DNA of 60,494 nt, the filler included, from Sphacelaria rigidula (taxonomy: Eukaryota), in the NCBI GenBank assembly GCA_964200075.2. It is 10 parts of 10 records of this genome, joined end to end, with 100 filler letters (N's around TTAATTAATTAA, not from the genome) between each part and the next. Parts side by side here need not be neighbours in the genome. Positions count along the whole stretch, not along the records: positions 18,181 to 24,140 come from CAXNAA020023201.1; positions 24,241 to 30,199 come from CAXNAA020023202.1; positions 30,300 to 36,258 come from CAXNAA020023203.1; 7 more parts are not named here. One strand, 5' to 3'. The notes under the pieces were generated by a model. The model was not told where the DNA came from. It did no database searches and saw nothing but the letters and a program-made list of their open reading frames with translations. The translations under genes were made by a program, and so were the position numbers. Below are positions 22,501-34,639 of this stretch, one piece after another (the first letter of the stretch is position 1; each line of letters opens with the position of its first letter).

Positions 22501-23660
22501 GTTGGGTAGGGTAAATGCCCGGGTATTTTTTTTTCCAGAATTTCGTGTTGCGATGGTCTGATCTCCAAACTCTACCCACCCAAGTATTGAGTAAAATTGG
22601 GTACGATCGTATCAATCTATCCAATATCTGGGTATTGTTGAGTGTGCGTGTGTGTGCGTATGTGCGACCGCACGACACTTCGCGTTCCACTGATGATTAC
22701 AGTTCGTCGGCTATTCAACGGATCTTCTAGTCGTACTGTTCGACTTTTTCTCTTCGTGTCCCTTCTAGTCTTTTGCGAGTGTTTCAGTTTTGTTTTCCTT
22801 AGGTACGTCTATTATGAGACCACGGCTGGACCCCTGGGGGGTCAGTTCAAGTGCGACGATCAAATCAAATCAAATCAAATCAATCAAACTATCATCATCC
22901 GTGGGCAGGCTCTTTCAATAAACGACTTTAGGCAAAGAACCGGCAAGCACATCGTCGGCGCTTGGAGGTTGTAAATGCTGTATGCGTACTGTACGGCTCG
23001 TCCCCGTACGGTAGGACTGCACGAGTCACGCGTTTTTGAGCCCGATGCTGTCCGGAAGGAGTCTCGCATGTCGCGTAGAGAACCACGGACGTTTCGTCAA
23101 AACGTGTGACCAAATGAGTCAAGTCACATCACGAGTTTCACATGTCTGCCGAACATATTGCGAGAAAACGGTCTAGTGTAGCATCGATCGCGCTGATTGA
23201 GGGGGGGGGCGGGGGGGGGAGGGGGGGGTGCATGTGATTGGTTATTTCCGTACGAATGAACGAGGAGCAACGGTGCGGGCAAAAGTGCTCGTCACTGAAA
23301 TCGTGTCGCACTTGAAATGACAACGAGGTGCCGTGTGTGTGTGTGTGTGAACTATGTAGACCATACCTCGCGCCGAAGCGCGAGGGCAAAACATGAAGTG
23401 CAGAGCACGACGAGCGCTCAGCGAACGATCTTGCACGGACCGCAACAGTATATCGAGTGGTGAGCGAGGGAAAACACAAGTGCATGTGGCGTTCTTTTTC
23501 AAAATACTAACACCTCACCTGAAGCCAGACTTTGCCCCGGACTTCTTGTAGGCGGGGTGTCCGAAGTACATCACGGTGCCGAAGGGCAGCCCGAACAGCG
23601 AAGCCAGCATGGTGCCGAGGCCATCGGCGACCATGCTCTCGGTCACAGGGTAAGCATCAC
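19511..23660 (-). CDS. Xanthine/uracil/vitamin C permease-like (NCS2/AzgA-type) transporter, internal exons
   Basis: Exons 23660-23519 (GDAYPVTESMVADGLGTMLASLFGLPFGTVMYFGHPAYKKSGAKSGF), 22025-21832 (SMLNGVLYLVLSLFGLIAL...PIVLFVGL...FLFGLFPSIA) and 19610-19511 (DWVTNIAS...). GT-AG introns with compatible phases. The GDxY...GHPxxKxxGAxxGxSxLNG signature is recognised from memory of this permease group. Confidence 0.8.
21361..21740 (+). mobile_element. tRNA-derived SINE family A, near full-length copy (spans a 10-N gap)
   Basis: A box TGGTGTAATGG at about 21373, B-box-like GGTTGGATTCC at about 21417, shared body and A-rich tail. Confidence 0.75.
22730..22890 (+). mobile_element. Retroposon 3' end with (AATC/AAATC)n tail; copies at 13345-13411 (+) and 56570-56775 (-)
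   Basis: Shared CACGGCTGGACCCCTGGGGGGTCAGTTCAAGTGCGAC followed by (AAATC)n. Confidence 0.7.
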
Positions 23661-25299
23661 CTGTACGGCCACCACCACGGGTTATTGTTTTTTCAAACCG
23701 CATCATTGCGGTACAGAGCGTTCTTACACTGGCGAGGGAAGGTGAAGAAAAGGAGTATGTATGTAATATATTCGTTCATGCGGGATTGCTCACGAGCGGG
23801 ACCACCCGCTTAGTATCGGTTTCATTCACCACCCGTTTTGCACACACATCAATCAAGACCGAGACTTTACACACCACCTCCCACTCCGTGTTGCAGACTA
23901 CAATCGCAGTCAGGGCTTGCCCGCTGGGACAGGAGGATGGGGGCGGGGGGTGGAGGGGGGCTTCCACGCAACACAGGGAGTACTTGAGAAGCGCCCCCAT
24001 TTTGGTGCTTGTAGTCCGATCAGAGCCATGGCCATTCAATGCAGACAACCGAGTACATATAGCCCTACGCTTCTGTTTTTCCGCCACACACTTTCAACCA
24101 ACCCCGTCCCCTTGCCCCCGAGCGAGTTCCGTAGTCTCGGNNNNNNNNNNNNNNNNNNNNNNNNNNNNNNNNNNNNNNNNNNNNTTAATTAATTAANNNN
24201 NNNNNNNNNNNNNNNNNNNNNNNNNNNNNNNNNNNNNNNNGAGGGGGGCGTACTCATGTGTTGCTTGCCTTAGTCGTTTGACCATTGACCACGCATCCCT
24301 TTCGAGACGGAGCACGGAGGGAGGGGGGGGGGGAAGGGGGGTAAGGTACCTCCTCGCCTGATCTCGAGCCCCCCATTTTTTCTCCGTTTCCATAGAACAG
24401 TCCGTTCCCTTTCTCAGGATTCTCTGTTCAAGCCTTCATGCGGCATGTCAGCGCCGTCTCCGAAACGTTCTGGGCAGATATCTACGTTTTTTGCGGGCGG
24501 AGGGAAATGACTGCGAGCGGCGTCGAAGTGCATGCGGCGTCTCGAAGCAGCGGAAGACAATAGAAAAGAGAAGAAGACTACACAGCGGGTGGAGTTCCGA
24601 CATCCGATCTGTGTTTTCTGCGAGACACGAGCATCGTAGCGCCCACGAAGTGTACTTTTGCAACTGTTGTGTGTCCATAGGTTTGCATGGGTATTATTTT
24701 CAACAGTTATATGTTGTGGAATAGAATGCCAGCATCTGGTCATCGATTCGAAGTGTTTCTTCAATGACCAGATATTCGTGTGCCGTGTTGTTATCATAAT
24801 ATCCACGTTGACTAGATAAATGAAGTGTTGTTCATCCGACGCATACTTCTGGTAAACCAGGTTGGAGAAAATAGAATTTAAAAACGTATGAGTGTCACGT
24901 GTATCAAGTGGACGGGGCTGTACATGTATATATATATATATTGTATATTCCTCACCTCCTTTGTGCTAGTATAAACGTTACGTGGATGTATTGCAAGGGT
25001 GAAGGAAGCACCTGCACATGCGGCCGGCTGACTTCGTCTGTGAAGATATGGTCTAGTGTTGAAGGCTCCGAGGGATGTGCCTCCCAGTAGCCGTCGAAAT
25101 GACACGTTGTTGAGGAAGATGAGCGATGCGCGTCGCAGTTCCGTATCCCAAAACACATGCAAACTAATAGGCAGCCACGGCTATGCCAGTCGAGTGTGAT
25201 ATCACAGCAAGGCAATCAGTGTGTGGTGTCAGTGCCAAATTGTCAGAAACCGCCCCACTACGCAATTTGAAAGACCCTGTTAAATATCATATCAACTAT

Positions 25300-28200
25300 T
25301 TTCGAAAATGAAAAGTGCATCAACACCTCCCTCTATACGGCACGCTCAGTGTGGGAGGTGAGCGATGATGTTGCCGTCGGGATCCCGATGACCCGTAGTT
25401 CTTGATGGAAGGAATCCTTGTCCAGCAGTTTCCCTTACGTTTGTGAATGGTCACGGCAAAGTGAGGTACCGCGGGAAACCGTTCTGAGGTTATTATGAAT
25501 AGTAACTTGCCGTTGGTGAATGATAGCTTCGTATGGGGCACGAAGGCCTTTTGTTCAGCGTTTGATTTACTGACGAGTTCCACTTGACAGTAGTACTCTG
25601 GGCGGCCCGGCCAGGAGGGGTCATAAGTGCCTCGTTGTACAGCCCTGTCGAGGAGATGATGTTGAGCAAGAGAAGAACGGATGCGTCGACCTACAGGATA
25701 ACTTTGTGAGCCGGCATCCTGGCAAAAGTGAGAGTCGCGAAAAAGTCGGCAGGATAAATGAAAGTGCTGACCACCTCCTGGGTCCCATTGATACGGGAAG
25801 TTGTGAAGTCTTCGCCGGGAACCAGGGGCATCGTCTCGGAGTTAAGGACTCGTTGGTCGCCGTCTCAGGGTGTGAGGGTGCAGCTTTTGGTGACAGCAAT
25901 TCTGTCCTCTTACCATCCGCCGAAGTCACAGGCGCTCAAGTCTGGGTAAACGAAGTTGATTAGGTCTCGGGCGTTGTCGCTGGGGATGGCAAGATATTTA
26001 CGCACTCCAACAGTCGAGGCGTCGTCGACGAGGTTGCTGGAACGACGAATAGCTTCCTTCCCTGTATCGTTGCGAGGCCCTGACAAGTAAGGCACGCCGC
26101 AGGCGTGCTACGGCATGTGCAACAAGGTCCGCCGCAGGCCAAACGTTTTGTGAGGAGGCGACTCTTAAGCATATACCGTGTACGCCTCTTTATGCATTAG
26201 ATGGTTTGTTTCATGCCTGATATGTCCTGTTTTGACAAGGCAGATGCCTCAGGGATTGCCCCACACTTGCCGTATATTCTTGTTCACCTTCCATGCGCGC
26301 ACTCGTAGTAGACGGCACGACGGCACGGCTCAATGCTCAACACTCATGAGTAAGCGTGTCGTGTGCCCGCACTAGAGGAATAGCGATTTGGACATGTGTT
26401 GAAAACAGAGAATCCAAGCGCAGCAGCGCAGCAGCGAGAACAATACATTTTAGCGTGTGGTGGAGGAAAATGATGGCGTCGCCTGCACGAACTATCCATT
26501 GTATCGCGTGAAGGTAGGGTCTCTACCCGCCTCTCTCGACCTACCGACTCGCACTGAATGCAGCATAGAGAAAACGGAAGGAACCAGAGAACACAGGCAT
26601 TGCTGCTCTTGTATACAGTACAATACACGTACCCCTGCGAGCACAAAAGAGCTAACGAAAAATATGTGATCGAAGGTAGTTACGTCAGGTACAGGTTGCG
26701 CCGCTGCAACAGGTGCAAGTTATGCCGACTATACTATAGGCGCAGGTTGCGCCGCGCCGGCAGAACGATGAGTAGCTAAGCCAGCTGGTGGCGGTGGCGG
26801 TGCGGGACTTAAACTACGCTTTTATGCAGACATGGTGCTGCTCAGTTCTCAGTAGCTGGTGTATCGCGTGTTGCGGTATCCAACTCTGCAGTGTGCAGTA
26901 TTAGTCTGCAGTTTGTAGTTCGCAGAACTGCCTCGGAAGAGGGGTTCCGTAGATGAAAGCTACCTCCCTTATGAGGTATTTGTGTTCTCGAGCCCTTGGT
27001 TTTAAAGAATTGTCGTCTAACTGTGTTATTTTGTGCTCGCCTCTGCGTGCCTTTGGGAAATAGAGGTGTTTCAGGCAATAAACACCGTCTCAGGCCACCC
27101 TTCTTTTCTGAAAAGGGTCTCTAAGGCAAAAAGTAAGGCGTGCATTTTTTGTTTTTCAGGGCCTAAACGTTTCCAAGCTTTATCTGCCAATCATAGAACC
27201 GCACCTTGCAAGGATCCATTGTTCTCGGTCGAATGGCCCGTATATCCGTGCGGCAAGGAAGCCGGCGAAGCACGCCTCAGAGTGGCGACTGTTTGAGGCG
27301 GCCTTGACGACTCATGCTGGCGATCTACGTCGAACGACCAAGAAAACCTGGCGGGAGCCGCCCCCATGACTGCACTTTCACCTACCCACGGTAACATGCT
27401 TTTCATGATATCTTGCATCCCGCGCAGCAACACCTCAGGGCACTTCCGATGCGCCATAGGCGTATCGTACCAGTCAAAGACATCCCTCATGCGGGAAAGA
27501 TCGGCGAGTAAACTGTCGATGTTGACACAGCAAGAGGAACCGTTCCTGAGGTCGATTGGAATTCTGAAGAGGGAATGTGCTGTGCGACCGCGAGAGAGGA
27601 GGGTTAAGACCACGGCACGGTTGCGAGGGCGAGGGCGACCCTTCCACTGGCGAGAATGGCAGCAAGGAGGGTCGTGTACAGGAAGAATGTTTTGCCCGTT
27701 CCTCATGAGCCAGCTATGAAAGGACACCTGTATCATATGAAAGCGGCCGCGTCGCGGACGACCGTCATATTCGACATCGATGGCGAAGCGTTGGGCAGTC
27801 GTGATCGCGTCGAACGCCGTCGGTGGTCCTTCACTAAATTGCGTTCGTTGCGAGCGACGAAGGCGTGGAGTTCGCGCAGATCGAGGTCCTCTAACTTGTC
27901 AAGGGGATCAGGAGATTGCCCACACTTCACGTGCTGCACCAGCTGCGGCAGGTGATAGTTGTCCATACTGAATTCTTTTGAACTGAGATCTTGATCAATG
28001 TGAAGGGGGGCGCGGTTTCGACTGTGATCGTCAACTCTCGATCCGGATCCGTGTCTCGCGTCTGAAGTAAAAGGTCTTCGGCAAGCTTGTTTTTGCGGTT
28101 GAGTCAACGTTGGGGAGGACCGTTGGCCTCGCAATTTCTGAGCAGCGTGGTGGTCGCTCAGAGCAGCGACGCTGATTTCATGCCAGCTGCATCGTGGAAG

Positions 28201-29180
28201 CAGCGCTTCAGCTCCACACCATCCTCCGACCGCCCCAGCATCCTACAAGCGTCCTGGAAGGGAGGAGAAAGTTTACATTTGTAGTCCTCGAGTGTCACGG
28301 TATGCAGGTCCTCGAAGGAGGTGGGCTCACGTACACGGCAGGGCAGAAGTCGAATGCAGAAGCGCTCGCCATGAGCGGGGCTTACAAAGTTCGTGCGCCC
28401 GACCTGCGGTTGCGCCGAGTCCCGGCGCCTCTGGCTTCACGGCTATCTCTGCTTGCTCTAGTTGTAGTGCTCGAGGGACTCACGGTAAAGGAGGCAACAC
28501 CCCAGGTCGCTCGCGCCTGTACCGACTTCGTAGGTGAAGAACTCGTTGAGGGTGATTCTCGCCGAGCGTTGCAACCGCTACTCTCCTTGTCCCCTCTTGA
28601 TAGAACAACACTTGGTCACCAGGCTCGTACAGAGCTAGGTTGAAAACAGATCTGCGCGACCTCACAAGACCTGAGATAGCACGCGTTAAAGACAGTCGTG
28701 GATTTCGTCGTCAACCCCATCATTTCCCCGCGAAAACCAAAAGAGCCCGGCGATTTCCTTCGAAGCAATATTTGAAGGGGCAATTCACTGCTCGCACGGA
28801 GGAGCAGGCCTCCACGTGAATGTGAATGTCGTACTTGAGAGCGAGTGCGGGACTTTAGGTGACGACCCGAGGGTTGTCGACCCAGCGTCCATTCATGAGG
28901 ATCCTACTCAGGCCAATGGTGAATGGTGTACGTCTTTCTTCAGTCATCACCGAGGTGCAGGTGTTCCTGCCTTTCTCACGACCACGTAGTAGGACGATGG
29001 TGGCGTTATACTGGAAGCTGATGCTCCGAGAAGACGGTAGCTTCCTGAAATCGCCAGCGGAAATTGCTCGGAGCAGCGACCCTCCTTCTCGCACTCGGGA
29101 CCGCAAGACCCGCAAAGCATTCTAGATTCTACCCCGTGAAAGCGGCGTGGCTGCAACTTTAGATCGGGGAGCTCAGTGGT
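25300..29180 (-). mobile_element. Helitron Rep-Helicase pseudogene (heavily decayed)
   Basis: Rep region WVDNPRVVT*SPALALKYDIHIHVEACSSV...FKY (~28770-28900). Pif1-type helicase segments GRTAHSLFRIPI..WYDTPMAHRKCPEVL..DIM (27370-27600), DLINFVYPDL (~25950) and FVPHTKL..RFPAVPHFAVTIHK (~25440-25550). Many stops and frameshifts. Confidence 0.85.
26074..27165. mobile_element. Non-autonomous hAT-like element nested in the Helitron helicase
   Basis: Ends (G/T)AGGCCCTGA..GCACGCC / GGCGTGCA..TCAGGGCCTA with diverged 8-bp flanks ATCGTTGC / AACGTTTC. Removing it rejoins helicase-like RFYDWQIKLGN|DTGKE. Confidence 0.65.
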
Positions 29181-30552
29181 CACATAGTTGTTGTAGTCCT
29201 TAGGGTGTGGCTTGAAGTCGTCGGCGAGGGTGGTGATAATATTTTCATGAAGTCGTCCCCGTTTTTAAAAATGCTCATGCAGGAGTAGCAAAGCAAAAGC
29301 GGGGCGTAGGGGGGAGGTAAACGGTGGTGTGTTGTTGTCGTGCTAGCAGGAAATATCGTCTGGGAGATCGTGTAGACGACGTTGGAAAACAATCGTCACA
29401 TTCTTTTCATTTGTTGATGTTAGTGCCCGACGAATTTAGTGCCCGACGAATTTACCCCATCCACACGACACCAGGCGACGACAGCGCCCGAGAAGTCGTG
29501 TTTGTACGCGTTCTGCTCAAGCGCGCGCAACTTGACGCGAAATACGCCCGAGTTGATCTTAAGTTCCTTGGCAGCTTGCTGATTAGAACCCAAGGTTTCG
29601 GTAATTTCTGGTCACGTTGCGAGAGACGGGCACGATGATGGCAGAAGACGTGTAACGAGCGGGCAGCGACGGGTGGCGAACAGGATATGGTACACCCTGT
29701 CTATTTGGTGCAAGAAAGGGAAATTACGAAAATCCCCTGATTCAGCTGAAATCTAATGTGATACAGGTATGCGGCCCGACGCCGACCCCCTGCCGAACCA
29801 TCCCTCGCCCTTCCCCCACCCGCGCTTTTTTCGATCGGTCGAACTCATGAAAAAGGAGTGCCAAGCGACCTTGCTTTTCGGTGCAGGAAAATACGCGAAG
29901 AGCGGGGAGTCATCCTACGATAGGAGGGGGGGTATTTTGGGCCACTTCTTTTACGAAATTCCAAGGCAAACCGCCGCTGAAATCAGCAACGGTTGCTCGA
30001 ACGAGCTTGTTATAGATGAATAACGCTCTTGTATACCGATTGACATCGTTCTGAACCAAATACAAGCGCATCGCGAGTGTGGCAGTTATTCCGGAAAGGA
30101 AAATTTCTACGATATCCCCCCCCCCCCCCCCCGCGCCCTCCGCACACCCTCATGGCAAAAGCAAAAAAAAAAAAAATAAAAAAAACAAAAAAACAAATAN
30201 NNNNNNNNNNNNNNNNNNNNNNNNNNNNNNNNNNNNNNNNNNNTTAATTAATTAANNNNNNNNNNNNNNNNNNNNNNNNNNNNNNNNNNNNNNNNNNNNT
30301 CACGAGTCAACTTATTGTACTAAAACCAAGTAATTTCCTGACGAATCATTATTTGTCCTAACCGTGGAATCTTCATCTGTAGGTCGATCTTGCGGATGAG
30401 TCACGCCGAAGCGTAGCATGGAAAGGACAAGTAGTACACGACATGACGCAGGACACGAAACAAGCTCTTACGCACCGCAGGAAAAAATGGCTTGCATCGA
30501 TGATAGTTATGTTTACACACACCTTTCCTCCTCCACCTCCTCAACATATCAG

Positions 30553-33500
30553 ATAAACCGATTCTTCAAAGTAGACGGACCGGCGCAGATTTTCTTTGAG
30601 CACAGGCCCGGACCGGCCCCCAACGCGCCATCGCCCAGCAACCTCCAGGCATCGGACGATTTACACGGAACTCGCCGTATGAGTGCAATCCGTGCACGGC
30701 GGAATAGCGTGGGGTTTCGACGTTTTTCCGGCCTCGGGATGGCCTACGGGGGGAGCGGGGCACCGCAGGGAGGAATGAAGGGTATAGGCGAAAGTGGTAC
30801 AAGTAACGTCGACGGCAACGCGGCTGTAGACCCTAGCACAGGTGTGATCCCATGTGCGTATGCACGTACCTCGTCACGCTATTTTCTCGTCATGTATGTA
30901 TTTATGTATGTATGTATGTATGTATGTATGTATGTATGTATGTATGTATGTATGTATGTATGTATGTATGTAGTCTATATGTGAATAGACTACAGTGGTT
31001 TTGAACAGCAAGGGATCAACGGAGGTCCGGAATGAGCTCAAGGTACCCGGGTACTGCTAATACGTTTTTGTACATCGTCCTGGCTACGTTGTACTCTCTA
31101 CCGCGGCTTGTAGCTGCCCTCGCACGCGGATGAGAATTCTGTTGATTGAGTGGTCGGTCGATTGTCGTACAATACCTCACCCGCTACAAGTTTAAGCCGT
31201 CGTCATGAGACGGACGGACGTAGATGAGCAAATGGAAACTTTCGTTCGAAAAGGAACATTCGAGAGAAACAGAGAAACTGAAGAAGCAAGAAGGAGAAAC
31301 AAGCAGGGTACACTGGAAAAAACAATAAAAAAGAAACAGAAATAAGAGAAACTGGAGCGCCAAGGTCTAGTATCGATCTAAAAAAATATTCCGCCAGCCA
31401 CCCTGTCATGGCTTGATTGAGGCAAGGAGGCCGTACAAAACGTTGTGCCCTGGAATTAGGGTGCGATCTAGCTATGACCGCACAATTGGGCGGGAACTGT
31501 CGCCCACCAGCTCTGTAGCAGCAAGAAACGAGCAGCAGTATATTTTCAGAGATGAAGTAACTAAAAAAAGAAGAAATGAACCGCCGCTCCTGAGATGCAT
31601 TGAATGAACTCGACCACATCGAAGCCTACTCTGGTGTGTAACCCATGGTTTGCAGGTGCAGGGACACCTCGGGTAAAGATCCAATGTTGCGATAAAACCG
31701 GTCAAGTTTGTTGTCAACTTTGGCGCTGGATACACTGTTTAAAATTCGTTCGCAGGCGGCGCAGGCGGCGTCGAGGCGATGGCAAAGGGCGGGGACGAGT
31801 GCGGGCACCTTTTTGTCGGTTTCGGTGAAGGCTTGAGCACCAAAAGCCCTGTGGTGTACTTTGCTAAGACTAAGCTCTGCATCGGTGACGATTGCAAAGC
31901 TGCGGTGAATGCGTACGACGTGAGTCTTCTTCCCCTTGCTCCGAGCGAGTTCGCTGTTGCCAAAGAAGGTTGACGCGAGGGCGTCGCCGGAACGAACGCG
32001 TTTTGCATTCATATTGTTTTTTTCAAGGCTCATGTTTTGAGTGTGTAGGATCGCTTGATGTCCACTACCGTCGAGACAAGTATGTTGTTTGCCACTCCCA
32101 CCTGGACCAATGCTCACATAGAGTTGAGCACTTTTTCAGTTGTGTCATCATGGGCGGTGCTGACTAGAGGTGGGCACCTGTAAAGAAAAAACCGGTGATA
32201 ACCGGTTCTTGGAAACCCCAATAGGCGTTAACCGGTTACGGTTCTAGAAAAGATACACCGGAGTTTGTTTTTGCCAGTTAAACCGGTTCACCGGAAAAAC
32301 GGTTTAACCGGCAAAAGGAGGCGTTATTATGGCGATTAAACCGTTTTTTCCGGTGAACCGCTTCAACCGGTTCAATTGCGCAGTTTGAGGTTAGTAGCGA
32401 AAGCGTGACATGCGACAAGTCACACGCTACACGTCACACTACACGTCACCTTTACACATGAAGTCAGACTGCGCGTTTTTTAGGCAAAAAGAGTAGGCGT
32501 GAACTTCTGTTTTCTCTGATGATCTGCGTTAGTTTCCTCACGGAGGATACGATAATGATGTTGGTGTTTCTTCCTGGCAAAAGTTGATGCGATGTCTTGT
32601 CGCCTATCGCTCTTGTACGATCATTGCGTCATCGTTCATTCTGTAGGGCGAAATTGCCCAGGAAGAGGGTGTGTTTGCGTGGTTTTACGTGGTTTGCAGC
32701 GTCTAGTGTGGGTTTCCGTAGTCCGCTGTTTTGTTGTTTTTCGACTCAGGAGCGGTACGCTTTTCCCATGCAAAGTTGAGGAATGGCATGACCCCTGCTC
32801 CTCCCTCGTATTGTTGCGCATTAGGTTGCAGGGGCGGGCGGGGTGTGGGGTGCATACAGTACTGGGCGCCTGGACTGTTCAGAGTGGTATTCTCGCGTAC
32901 TACTCTTCGATAGAGCTCCAAAGTGCTAGCGTCGGTAATTTTTGGTAAAATAAGCAGATAATCCTAGAAAAAACAGTGGCCAAGTTAGTGTTACTTCGGG
33001 CGATACGAGCAGATACCCCGTTTAAAACGAGGGCATTATTGACCGTGAAACACAGTTATTCGGCTCTGGTGCAGTGAGTAGGTAGAATTAAAAAAGAAAA
33101 CTGTGCATTTCTTCACAACAACGATCGGGACAGGTTCGATCGACCGAAAATTGTGGAGAGTCAGAATCTGTGCTGAAAAATCGCAGGACCCCCGATGACC
33201 GGTCAGTCCGTAAGTCACTTAATGTTGAGTACAGATGGTTTTTGTTTTCATTGAACGTGGAGCGAATACAAGTATCTTCAGATCCCCAATGTGATGGGCG
33301 GTGACAAGCGAAAGAGCCTAAGAAAATCGCCAATGGCGAAGAAATTAGAAGAAAAACATTTCAGGTGCCTACTACTATCTCCTACTCGGGAGTATAGTTT
33401 TTCCTTTCAACCTTCGACACCCTGTGTTGGCTGGGGTTAGGCGCCAGATTTGAACAGCAGCTGTTCAAGTAATCACCAACACCATTGCCTATCACACATT

Positions 33501-34639
33501 AAAATCTTTGTCACCAATCACCAGCCACTGTGCTGTAAATTTCGGCAGGTGTTGCTTGGGTGCGGAGTGCGGAGGTGTGAGAGGAAACCTTGCCGTCACC
33601 GGTAATGGGTGTATTTGAGCGTATCCATCACCCACCATACACAAACCATACGACAAGAATGCCTAATTCACCTGCGCTTCAATGATTTGGACGCGTTTTC
33701 CCTTGCTTATCAGTTTAAACCGGTTTTCCGGTGAACCGGTTGAACCGGCTGAAAAAACCCCGGCTCAACCGGTTTTTTGTTTTTGAGAATAACGTCTCTT
33801 ATCCGGTAACCGTTTATTTTATTTTATTTTGGTATCCGGTGCTCACCTCTAGTGCTGACGCCATAGTCTTGATTTTGATGTCGTGGTTCCTTGTTTTGTG
33901 CGTTTCCGAAGGCAGATGATGGTACCCTAACGTTCGGTGTAGTGTCCCAGCCGCTGCGCGCCCTGGAAAGCATCGTGCGGGTTGTGTATCAGCCCACCCT
34001 ACAGGGCCAAGACTCTCGTCTTTGGGGAAAGACGCCGCCGGACAGCGTGCACGAGTTCATGTCCGGCTTGGATGGCTTTGTCGACAACTTGCAGGTAAAA
34101 ATGGTAGACAGAAGACAAGGAGCACTCGCATGTTGGTCTAGGCTAGTGAGATTGGCGGATGATCCGTAGGCTCTTGGGATACATGTTTTATCATGTGTTC
34201 CTGTCGGTTGTCCCCATCGCAGGGTACGTTTTTGTTGCTTAAGCGACGCGGGATGGCGAGAGTAGACCCTGAGACTCAAGCGTGGGTACAGGAGACGCAA
34301 AACGTACACAAGAGGCTAATTGCGGCCAAATTTATGGTACCTGTACCCTGAAGACTCGCCCTACGAGCTGCGAAAAGTCGTCCCACATCCGTGACGAATC
34401 AACTCGCCTCCCGACCCTCGATTTCACATGCCTCTTGTACTCATGAATTTGCAGCAAACGATCACAAATCTCGGAGGTGGACTGGAGCTGAGAAAACCTG
34501 ACAGACGCTACGACGGAAGTGACGAAAGAGTAGCCGCTGTGTCGGGAAAGGCGGCAGCGAGGGACCCGGAAATCGTGTCGCACTACGTTGAGCTGCTCGA
34601 AGAATGGTGCACCAAGATTCGATCCTATTTGGATGACAG
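30553..34639 (+). CDS. Axonemal dynein heavy chain, N-terminal tail region (internal exons; partial gene)
   Basis: Exons 30553-30841 (INRFFKVDGPAQIFF...), 31756-31919 (...HLFVGFGE..PVVYFAK...), 33912-34094 (DGTLTFGVVSQPLRALESIVRVVYQPTL..WGK..EFMSGLDGFVDNLQ) and 34455-34639 (..GGLELRKP...DPEIVSHYVELLEEWCTKIRSYLDD). Phases are compatible. The pattern resembles the region preceding the DHC_N1 domain of outer-arm heavy chains. Confidence 0.72.
30892..30971. repeat. (TATG)n microsatellite
   Basis: Direct inspection. Confidence 0.95.
32165..33851. mobile_element. Non-autonomous hAT DNA transposon in a dynein intron
   Basis: TIR TAGAGGTGGGCACC / GGTGCTCACCTCTA, perfect 8-bp TSD GTGCTGAC (32157-32164 and 33852-33859), and clustered subterminal AACCGG(TT) motifs at both ends. 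Confidence 0.92.
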
